Of a DNA stretch of 64,000 nucleotides, positions 38,602 to 46,563 are shown one piece after another; the first letter of the stretch is position 1; each line of letters begins with the position of its first letter. Under the pieces are notes generated by a model that ran no database searches, was not told the origin of the DNA, and saw nothing but the letters and a program-made list of their open reading frames with translations. The translations under genes and the position numbers were made by a program. Source of the DNA: an uncultured Eubacteriales bacterium (GTDB lineage Bacteria > Bacillota > Clostridia > Lachnospirales > Lachnospiraceae); the NCBI GenBank assembly GCA_902797845.1, contig CADBUJ010000066.1, forward strand, positions 1,399 to 65,398, written 5' to 3'.

Positions 38602-39354
38602 TTGGAAAAAAATAATAAATTTAAGAAAATTACAAATAATTATGTCAGAACCCTGTTCCTTTCATATCTAGTGGAGGGGGCAGAATGGACGAAACCAGAT
38701 GGATATCCAATTATTGAAAAATGGATGGTGGCAGATAATCCACCAAAGGAAGCTTTTCAGTGGGATTGCAGGCATGAAGCGATTGAGCCAGAAATAACAG
38801 GGATGTCCTTTTACTGCAGAGATGAGAAGTTCACTCCGATATTAAATAATCCCCGCAATTATGTGGATAAACTATCTAAATATGAATGTATTATTGGTCT
38901 AGATGCAAGTCCCTACGACAATATGCCATTGGCAGTTCAGAAAAGCCAGATCTATACCAATCTTGCAATTACATATTTCTTTGGAGCACAGGGATTGAAA
39001 GTAATCCCCAACATCAGGTTGGGAAATGACAAAACAATCGGGATGCTAGATGCCATACCAAAAGAGTGTTTAATAGCAGTAGGTACAAATGGCTTTATGC
39101 GCAATATTGAAACCAGAAGAATATTTCGAAATCAAATGGCGATAGTTGTAGATGCACTTCGACCCACTGGTATTATCGTGTATGGTCCGGCATATGATTA
39201 TGTGTTTCAATCTGCGATTGATTCAGCAATACCTATTTATCAATACGATTCCCATACCATGAAACGTAATGCCGAAATACATTCGAGGACAAGAGCAAGA
39301 AAACGGAAGGCTAAGTCTAACACAAAGTTAGAAGGTGAATGTATTGAAGGGTAA
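38602..39354 (+). CDS. DUF4417-like protein
   Basis: TTG start after AAAGGAG (an in-frame GTG at 38671 is also possible). FYCRDEKF...IGLDASPYDNMPLAVQKSQIYTN...GLKVIPNIR recalls DUF4417 from memory. AT-rich codon usage matches the island. Confidence 0.45.
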   Translation: MEKNNKFKKITNNYVRTLFLSYLVEGAEWTKPDGYPIIEKWMVADNPPKEAFQWDCRHEAIEPEITGMSFYCRDEKFTPILNNPRNYVDKLSKYECIIGLDASPYDNMPLAVQKSQIYTNLAITYFFGAQGLKVIPNIRLGNDKTIGMLDAIPKECLIAVGTNGFMRNIETRRIFRNQMAIVVDALRPTGIIVYGPAYDYVFQSAIDSAIPIYQYDSHTMKRNAEIHSRTRARKRKAKSNTKLEGECIEG

Positions 39355-39715
39355 TTGGCCTGGCTTTTCTGGTGCGAGATTAGGAGGGAAACAGGATGGC
39401 GATGGCGGATATATTAATGGTGAAGATTATAATTCTGCAGGCTCAAGCAGCGTTGGGAAAGTTGATTCAATTACAACATTATCTAATGTCCATTCTGTGC
39501 CCACCACATCCGACCCAAATTCAGTCACAAAGAACTATAAGGACGGAAAACTAAATAGCGAAAGATATTACGATGAAGATGGGAATGCCTATTTAGATAT
39601 TGATTATAGTAACCACGGGAACCCATGGACTCATCCACAAGTACCGCACGAACACAGCATATCATTTGATGAAAACGGCAATATGCATAGAGGAAAGGAA
39701 AAGGATATAGAATAA
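39335..39715 (+). CDS. Glycine-rich protein ending in a YD-repeat-like/His-rich module, possibly an orphan polymorphic-toxin C-terminal fragment
   Basis: GTG start only, overlapping the DUF4417 stop. No signal peptide. SERYYDEDGNAYLDIDYSNHGNPWTHPQVPHEHSISFDENG. Confidence 0.3.
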   Translation: MNVLKGNWPGFSGARLGGKQDGDGGYINGEDYNSAGSSSVGKVDSITTLSNVHSVPTTSDPNSVTKNYKDGKLNSERYYDEDGNAYLDIDYSNHGNPWTHPQVPHEHSISFDENGNMHRGKEKDIE

Positions 39716-39960
39716 TGACGAAAGAATTACTAAAAGAATACGTTGATTATGGCAGAGAGATTGAGTTCAAATACAACGAAAAAATGTATTCGATTACGTA
39801 TAGTCCTGCAGATCAAGACGATTATATTTCATTTTGTGAGTTCTATAAGGAGCCAACTAATGTCAAAACATTTGATGAGCTACTTGAAATATCTCGTGAG
39901 GGGGTAACGGTGCTTCAAATGTGGGAAGATCTTACTGAGGATAATATTTGGATATATTAA
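39715..39960 (+). CDS. Small acidic protein, immunity-protein-like
   Basis: 81 aa. Its ATG shares one nt with the upstream TAA (TAATG coupling). No recognisable motif. Confidence 0.3.
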   Translation: MTKELLKEYVDYGREIEFKYNEKMYSITYSPADQDDYISFCEFYKEPTNVKTFDELLEISREGVTVLQMWEDLTEDNIWIY

Positions 39961-40252
39961 TAAGTGAAGGGTATGGAAAATAAGAAAATGTGATGATCGG
40001 CTTAGAAAGATTCCTACAAGGGTAAATAAGTGCTCGATACATTGGGAGCACAATACGAAAATCATTAAAGAGTTAATCTCTGCAATATATATGTTACCGA
40101 TAAGGACAAAGGGAAAAAGTTGGAATATTCATAATAAAATATGGCTTCGAAAATATATCTCGGTTATTGAATGATGAAAATAGATATAGGTTCGGGCTGA
40201 TAACCGCATGATTCTATAAAAACCGCGTTATGTGCAGGCGCTTAATCAAAGC

Positions 40253-42625
40253 ATGATAAACGAAAAAAGTCTTATAACACTGGAATTCAATAAAATACTG
40301 GAAAAGCTGGAGGCATATGCTGCATCCCGGGAGGGAAAAAAGAAGTGCCGCAGTCTTGTGCCTTTTACAGAGATCGGGATGATCGAAAGATCCCAGCAGG
40401 AAACGGAAGACGCGCTGAGCCGCATTATAAAGAACGGAGCCCCGTCCTTTTCGGGATTAAAGGATATAAAAGGAGAGATCCTCCGTCTTCAGCTGGAGGG
40501 AGCCCTGTCACAGAAAGAGCTTCTTGATATAGCATCATCAATGGAGACAGCCTGCAGGGTAAAGGCCTATGGAGGTACGCCTGAAGAAGGAGAAGAACCT
40601 GACAGCCTTCAGGAGTATTTTGACGGGCTTTTCGATCTGGGCCATGTATCCAGGGAGATAGGAAGATGCATTATCTCAGAAGACGAAATGGCTGATGATG
40701 CATCATCTGCCCTTAAGGATATACGCCGGAAGATGAAGAATGCCGGAGAAAAGATAAGGGTAGAGTTAAACAGGATATTAAGCAGGGAAGCCTCTGCAGG
40801 GACTCTTCAGGAAAACATCATCACCATGCGAAGCGGGAGATACGTAATACCCGTAAGAGCAGAACATAAGAGCAAGATAAGGGGACTGGTGCATGATCAA
40901 TCTTCATCCGGATCCACTGTGTTTATCGAGCCCATGGCAGTAGTGGAGCTTAATAACGAGATACGGGAGCTGGAATCAAAGGAACTTGAGGAGATAAACC
41001 GTATCCTCAAAAAGCTGTCGGAAATGGCCGCAGAATACAAGGATGAGCTCCGCTATAATCTGGAAAACCTTACGGAACTGGATTTTATCTTTGCCAAAGG
41101 GCATTATGCAAAAGAAACGGAAGGCATAAAGCCTTCCTTTAATACAATAGGTACCATTCTTCTTAAAAAGGCAAGACACCCTTTGATCGACAGAAAAAAA
41201 GTGGTTCCCATCGATATGATGCTTGGTGAGGACTACAGGATGATGATAATAACCGGCCCCAACACAGGAGGAAAAACAGTTTCCTTAAAGACCACAGGGC
41301 TTTTGTGCCTAATGGGTCAGGCGGGCCTGCATATACCTGCGGGAGACGGCTCCAGCCTGTTTCCTTTCAGGGATATCTTTGCAGACATAGGGGACGAGCA
41401 GTCCATCGAGCAGAGCCTTTCAACTTTTTCATCCCATATGACAAATCTTGTAAAGATAATAAATGATGCAGACAAAAATTCTCTTGTACTGCTGGATGAA
41501 CTGTGCTCCGGAACGGATCCCACTGAGGGAGCTGCTCTCGCCATGGCTATGCTTAAAAATTTCCTTATGCGGGAAGTAAGAGTAATAGCAACGACTCATT
41601 ACAGCGAACTTAAGGTCTTTGCCCTTTCAACTAAAGGAGTAATAAACGGAAGCTGCGAATTTGATGTGGGAACACTCAGCCCCACATACAGACTTCTTAT
41701 AGGTATACCAGGTAAGAGCAATGCCTTTGCCATAGCAGAGAAGCTGGGACTTCCCGGCTTTCTTATAGATGATGCCAGAAAACGCCTGGATTCGGAGGAT
41801 GTGGCCCTGGAGGATGTCATATCCGAACTGGAGGATAAAAGGACCAGAATAAATAAGGATCTTACGGAAACGGAAAAAGCAAAGCTGGAGGCCGAAAAGC
41901 TTCGTGATGCCCTGAAGAAGCAGGAGGAAAAGATCGAAGACCGCAAGGAAAAGATAATTTCCGAGGCCAAAAGAGAGGCGGCAGAGATCCTTAAAAAAGC
42001 AAAGGATACTGCGGACAGCACAATTAAGGAGCTTAATAAGCTTGGAGCCGCAGACGGCAGGAGCCTTGAAAGGATAAGGGGAGAGCTCCGGGAGGAGCTT
42101 GATAAAGTATCTGAGAAGAAGGCCCTTGGGGTAAAGAGAACAGGAAAGGAATTTACGGAGAAGGATGCTGCGATAGGAACATTTGTTAAGGTCCTTTCCA
42201 TGAATACAACAGGCAGGATAATAGGACGCCCCAACAAGGCGGGAGAAGTAGAGGTCCAGATGGGAATAATAAGGGCCAATATTAAGCTTACGGATCTGGA
42301 ACCTGCCGCGGAGCAGGAGATCACAGGCCCGAGCATCAAGGGGACCGGAGCAGGAAGGATAAGGATGCAGAAAACATCCTCCATCTCGTCTTCCCTTAAT
42401 CTTATAGGCCTTACAACGGCAGAAGCGCTGGGAGAACTGGACAAATATCTGGATGATGCTTATCTTTCCAGACTTGAATCGGTACAGATCGTTCACGGAA
42501 AGGGCACGGGAGCCTTAAGAAATGCGGTGCATAAGAAGCTTAAGGAGACATCCTTCGTAAAGGATTACAGGCTTGGCAATCCCGGAGAGGGAGATGCGGG
42601 AGTCACCATAGTTACATTTAAGTAA
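40253..42625 (+). CDS. mutS2: Endonuclease MutS2
   Basis: Walker A GPNTGGKTV, DELCSGTDP, long coiled-coil, and a C-terminal Smr domain (IVHGKGTGALR). Confidence 0.9.
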   Translation: MINEKSLITLEFNKILEKLEAYAASREGKKKCRSLVPFTEIGMIERSQQETEDALSRIIKNGAPSFSGLKDIKGEILRLQLEGALSQKELLDIASSMETACRVKAYGGTPEEGEEPDSLQEYFDGLFDLGHVSREIGRCIISEDEMADDASSALKDIRRKMKNAGEKIRVELNRILSREASAGTLQENIITMRSGRYVIPVRAEHKSKIRGLVHDQSSSGSTVFIEPMAVVELNNEIRELESKELEEINRILKKLSEMAAEYKDELRYNLENLTELDFIFAKGHYAKETEGIKPSFNTIGTILLKKARHPLIDRKKVVPIDMMLGEDYRMMIITGPNTGGKTVSLKTTGLLCLMGQAGLHIPAGDGSSLFPFRDIFADIGDEQSIEQSLSTFSSHMTNLVKIINDADKNSLVLLDELCSGTDPTEGAALAMAMLKNFLMREVRVIATTHYSELKVFALSTKGVINGSCEFDVGTLSPTYRLLIGIPGKSNAFAIAEKLGLPGFLIDDARKRLDSEDVALEDVISELEDKRTRINKDLTETEKAKLEAEKLRDALKKQEEKIEDRKEKIISEAKREAAEILKKAKDTADSTIKELNKLGAADGRSLERIRGELREELDKVSEKKALGVKRTGKEFTEKDAAIGTFVKVLSMNTTGRIIGRPNKAGEVEVQMGIIRANIKLTDLEPAAEQEITGPSIKGTGAGRIRMQKTSSISSSLNLIGLTTAEALGELDKYLDDAYLSRLESVQIVHGKGTGALRNAVHKKLKETSFVKDYRLGNPGEGDAGVTIVTFK

Positions 42626-42631
42626 AAGAAT

Positions 42632-44002
42632 ATGAATAAAAACGACATTGTAGACATTGAGATAACGGATCTGGGAAAACAGGGAGAGGGTATCGGCAAA
42701 TACCGCGGATATACTCTCTTTGTTAAAGACGCGGTTCCGGGAGACAAGTGCAGGGTAAAGATAATAAAAGACAAAAAGAGCTATGGCTACGGCAAGCTCT
42801 TGGAGATCCTTGCCATGTCACCTGACAGAGTAGCGCCGCGGTGTCCGGTAGCGGGCCCCTGCGGCGGCTGTACCCTTCAGGCCCTGGAATATAAAAGCCA
42901 GCTGAAATACAAGCAAGACAGGGTGGAGGAGCTTCTTAAAAGGATAGGAAAGGCAGAGGGCTTTCTGATGGAGCCCATAGCCGGAATGGAGCATCCTTAT
43001 AATTACAGAAATAAAGCTCAGTTTCCCGTAAGAAGGGGTAAGGACGGAACCGTAAAAATAGGATTTTATGCAGGTCATACCCATTCGGTAATTGAGCATG
43101 AGCATTGCTGCATAGAGCATGAAGATGCCGACATCATTGCCGAAACAGTAAGAAAGTGGATGGAGCGGTTTTCCGTAAGCCCCTATGATGAGGCAACAGG
43201 AGAAGGGCTTTTGCGCCATATATTAATAAGAACAGGATTCGCCACGGGGGAGATACAGGTCTGCGTGGTAATAAACGGTGAAGAACTGCCCCATGCAGGA
43301 GAACTGATCGCAGAGCTTAAAAAAATAAAAGGTATGACAGGGATATGTGTCAACATAAATAAGCACAACACAAATGTGATCCTTGGGGACAGGATGGAGT
43401 ATGTCTGGGGAAAAGAGTATATAAAAGACTATATAGGCGATCTGGAATTTTACATTTCTCCAAGATCTTTTTATCAGGTCAATCCCGTTCAGACAAAGGT
43501 GATCTATGATACTGTCAGGGAATATGCTGCAGCAGGGAAGGCAGATGAAGTTGCTGATCTTTATTGCGGCATCGGTACCATAGGTCTTTATCTTGCAAAA
43601 GATGCAGGCAAGGTAACGGGAGTGGAGATCATTCCTGATGCTGTCAGGGATGCAGAGATGAACAGCCGTATCAACGGCATCAAAAATGCCGAATTCTACT
43701 GCGGCAAAGCGGAAGAATTATTGCCGGACCTTGTAAAGGAAGGAAAAGTATCACCGAACATAGTTATAACTGATCCCCCGAGAAAGGGCTGCGACAGAAA
43801 GCTTCTGGAATGTATAGCATCCCTTTCCCCGGAAAGAGTTGTATATGTGAGCTGCGATCCTGCCACTCTCGCAAGAGACGTGGACATAATGAGAGAACTT
43901 GGCTATGTCCTGGAAAAGGCAAAATGCGTTGATGCCTTTTGCCACACTTCTCACGTTGAGACGGTGGCGCTTTTGCGGCGAATGAGCAGGATCACCAAAT
44001 AA
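42632..44002 (+). CDS. rlmD: 23S rRNA (uracil-C5)-methyltransferase RlmD/RumA family
   Basis: N-terminal TRAM domain, Fe-S Cys cluster (CPVAGPCGGC), SAM motif DLYCGIGTIGL, DPPRKG, and catalytic Cys in YVSCDP. Confidence 0.85.
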   Translation: MNKNDIVDIEITDLGKQGEGIGKYRGYTLFVKDAVPGDKCRVKIIKDKKSYGYGKLLEILAMSPDRVAPRCPVAGPCGGCTLQALEYKSQLKYKQDRVEELLKRIGKAEGFLMEPIAGMEHPYNYRNKAQFPVRRGKDGTVKIGFYAGHTHSVIEHEHCCIEHEDADIIAETVRKWMERFSVSPYDEATGEGLLRHILIRTGFATGEIQVCVVINGEELPHAGELIAELKKIKGMTGICVNINKHNTNVILGDRMEYVWGKEYIKDYIGDLEFYISPRSFYQVNPVQTKVIYDTVREYAAAGKADEVADLYCGIGTIGLYLAKDAGKVTGVEIIPDAVRDAEMNSRINGIKNAEFYCGKAEELLPDLVKEGKVSPNIVITDPPRKGCDRKLLECIASLSPERVVYVSCDPATLARDVDIMRELGYVLEKAKCVDAFCHTSHVETVALLRRMSRITK

Positions 44003-44046
44003 ATTGACCAGTTCCCGGACAGGATAATGGAATACAGAGGAAAACG

Positions 44047-44856
44047 ATGAACGGATTCATATTGCGTATTATTGCCATGGCAACAATGCTTTTAGATCAT
44101 ATAGGGTGGAATTTTCTGGAAGAGCCTATGATCCTGACATGGATCGGCAGAATTGCCTTTCCGTTATATGCTTTTTTGCTGGCGGACGGTTTTCTGATCA
44201 TCTGCCATGACAAGGAACGGCTAAATAAGCATCTGGCTATCATGCTGGTTTTGACGATCGTGTCGTTTCCCGGATATGCATTGATGGAAGCAAGACTGGA
44301 CTTTGCCCATTATCTCGACTCTTTAAGCAATATGGTAACTCTGCTGATCGGATACATCGGTATGATGGTTACCGAAGCATTGCTTCCCTCAGACAAAGAG
44401 GTAAATGAAAGCATTTCAAAACTGAAGATCTGTGCCATTGGAAGTGCATATATCCTGATGAGTCTGGCCAATTACATGATGAAGGGGAATTTCAATATCG
44501 TAGGGCCCTTGCTAGTTATTGCATTTTATTGGCTTATACGGGTTTCAAAAGCTGATGCGGAAAAGGAGGAAGCCTGGTCGTGGATAAAACGGATTACAGT
44601 ACTGCTGATCATTTTTGTATTATATCTGATCCCGTATTATTGGGTCAGAAGCGGATTCGGAAGTATTGCCCGCTGGTGGGAGGAGGTCGTAAACTACGCG
44701 CCGTGGATCGCAGGCCATGTGATAGCCGCAGTTCTGATCAGCCGGTATAACGGCCGGCAGGGATATCACAAGAAATGGTTTAGAAGGCTCTATGTTTCTT
44801 TCTATCCGATCCATACCTTTGCAATAGGATTGATCTGCGTGCTGAGCGGGAGATAA
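44047..44856 (+). CDS. TraX family membrane protein
   Basis: LRIIAMATMLLDHIGW N-terminal signature. Polytopic. Confidence 0.7.
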   Translation: MNGFILRIIAMATMLLDHIGWNFLEEPMILTWIGRIAFPLYAFLLADGFLIICHDKERLNKHLAIMLVLTIVSFPGYALMEARLDFAHYLDSLSNMVTLLIGYIGMMVTEALLPSDKEVNESISKLKICAIGSAYILMSLANYMMKGNFNIVGPLLVIAFYWLIRVSKADAEKEEAWSWIKRITVLLIIFVLYLIPYYWVRSGFGSIARWWEEVVNYAPWIAGHVIAAVLISRYNGRQGYHKKWFRRLYVSFYPIHTFAIGLICVLSGR

Positions 44857-44979
44857 AGCCTTTTGTAATAAATATGAATATATCCCCTGCGACTATTTAG
44901 GAGGCAGCAGTTTAATCCGGGTTTAAGTACCGAAAGATCGTACATATACAGATGGCAAATAAATTTATAGATAAACATA

Positions 44980-45008
44980 TTTACATTATGTTAAAATACC
45001 TTTACTAT
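44980..45008 (+). promoter_or_regulatory. Putative sigma-A promoter of an untranslated transcript
   Basis: TTTACA, a 17-nt spacer, then TACTAT. Coordinates are plus or minus 1 nt. Confidence 0.4.
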
Positions 45009-45014
45009 ACCGTG

Positions 45015-45309
45015 TAGACTTAAGTGCTTTTATGCTGATATGCAGAAAACACTGCTTAGAGAAAGGCGTTGTTACGGAGCGGACGATCCAAGGAGATCCT
45101 CCGATAACCGGAGACAAAAATGACCTGATATCCCTTATGGCATTGCTTTCAGCGTCGGCAGCAGCCCCTGGGGCGCTTTGATACAGTCAGAGGAAAGCAT
45201 ATAAGTAAACGGCATCCAAGGGATGGATGTCAGCTGACAATAATAACCACTTCTTATTCGAAATACTTACAGATACAGGAGCACCGGAAACGGTGCTCCT
45301 GTATTTTTT
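45015..45309 (+). ncRNA. Candidate structured RNA of about 290 nt (sRNA or attenuator leader), class unknown
   Basis: No credible ORF. Internal GC-rich hairpins such as CGGA(C)GATC-loop-GATC(C)TCCG near 45075-45103. Ends in a strong terminator at 45275-45309. Confidence 0.3.
45275..45309 (+). terminator. Intrinsic terminator upstream of the LD-carboxypeptidase gene
   Basis: ACAGGAGCACCG-GAAA-CGGTGCTCCTGT followed by ATTTTTT. Confidence 0.8.
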
Positions 45310-45323
45310 CAAAAGCCAAGACA

Positions 45324-45332
45324 TGCTATAAT
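45324..45332 (+). promoter_or_regulatory. Extended -10 promoter element for the LD-carboxypeptidase gene
   Basis: TGCTATAAT lies 35 nt upstream of the ATG and directly after the terminator. Confidence 0.4.
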
Positions 45333-45366
45333 AAGCAGTATTTAAATTTCTGAAAGGGGCAGAAAA

Positions 45367-46395
45367 ATGATTAGGACAGTTGAGATCATAAGCCTTTCGA
45401 GCGGCATCATAGGTGAACCGGCGGTGGAACATGAACTTAAGATAGGCCTGGACCGTCTTAGGTCCATGGGACTTGAGGTAAAGTTTTCCGAGCACGCACT
45501 TAAAGGGCTCGATCATATAAAGAAGCAGCCTGAGGACAGAGCATCCGATCTTCTGACGGCATATGCAGATCCCGGTGTTGATATGATCCTCTGCGCCATC
45601 GGAGGGGATGACACATATACTCTTTTGCCGTATCTCTTTGAAGAGCATCAGCTTGAGAAGGTCGTTAATGATAAGATTTTTCTTGGCTTTTCTGATACCA
45701 CCATCAATCATTTTATGCTGCATAAGTTAGGGATAAAAACATTTTACGGACAATCATTTCTGGCGGATATCTGCGAACTTGATACAGAGATGCTTCCATA
45801 CACCAGAAGATTCTTTGAAGAACTTATACGTACAGGAGGCATAAAGGAAATAAGGCCCAGTGACGTGTGGTATGAAGAGAGAACATCCTTCGATGCAGAT
45901 CAGATAGGGACAAAGAGACCGGAGCACAGAAATACAGGATTTCAGTTGCTCCAGGGACCGCCTGTATTTTCGGGAAAGATCCTGGGCGGATGTCTCGATT
46001 CCATGTTTGATATTTTTGACAAAGGACTATATGGGGATATGCCTGTATTATGCGAAAAATATGATATTTTTCCGGATGCTTCCGGATGGGAGGGGCGTAT
46101 CCTTCTTCTGGAGACCAGTGAGGAAAGACCTGCTCCTGATAAGGTCCGAAAGGCATTGGAATACTTAAAGGAAAGAGGTGTTTTTAAAGCGGTCTCAGGG
46201 GTGCTTTTCGGAAAACCCATGAATGAATGCTATGATGATGAATACAAAAAAGTGCTTGTATCCGTTATAGACGACCCCGCTCTTCCGATCCTTTGCAACA
46301 TCAATGTGGGCCATGCCGCACCAAGATGTATAATCCCATTCGGCATAAATGCAACGGTTGATGCGGTGGAGCAGGTTATAAGATTCGGATCATGA
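45367..46395 (+). CDS. S66 family LD-carboxypeptidase (LdcA/MccF-like)
   Basis: Catalytic Ser motif LGFSDTT and C-terminal NINVGHAAP His motif. 342 aa with an MccF-like insertion. Confidence 0.8.
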   Translation: MIRTVEIISLSSGIIGEPAVEHELKIGLDRLRSMGLEVKFSEHALKGLDHIKKQPEDRASDLLTAYADPGVDMILCAIGGDDTYTLLPYLFEEHQLEKVVNDKIFLGFSDTTINHFMLHKLGIKTFYGQSFLADICELDTEMLPYTRRFFEELIRTGGIKEIRPSDVWYEERTSFDADQIGTKRPEHRNTGFQLLQGPPVFSGKILGGCLDSMFDIFDKGLYGDMPVLCEKYDIFPDASGWEGRILLLETSEERPAPDKVRKALEYLKERGVFKAVSGVLFGKPMNECYDDEYKKVLVSVIDDPALPILCNINVGHAAPRCIIPFGINATVDAVEQVIRFGS

Positions 46396-46563
46396 GCGTG
46401 CTCCAATAAAATGCCACGAAAAAATATGATGCCGTCGGGGTTTTGTATTTAAAAATAAACGGCAGACCAACGGGAAAAATAAAGGATATACAATAATCCG
46501 TTTAATTATTGTATAATTAAATTTAATCAACTGTATTAAAATCTTCGGAAAAAGAGGGAAATC

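Noticed and set aside
41599-42496. Two overlapping minus-strand ORFs (281 and 289 aa)
   Set aside because: Antisense to the Lys/Glu-rich coiled-coil region of mutS2, which keeps antisense frames open (Ser/Leu/Phe-rich products).
45015-45309. T-box, cobalamin, c-di-GMP, SRP RNA or RNase P identity for the structured transcript
   Set aside because: I looked for the T-box GGGTGGTACCGCG-like sequence, the B12 box, the ACGCAAAGC of GEMM, SRP GGAAGCAGCC and RNase P GAGGAAAGTCC. Only a partial GAGGAAAG was found. No class can be assigned by eye.
45187-45723. 178-aa minus-strand ORF spanning the leader and the start of the LD-carboxypeptidase gene
   Set aside because: It is antisense to a well-supported S66 peptidase gene and runs across the terminator hairpin. 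No motifs.
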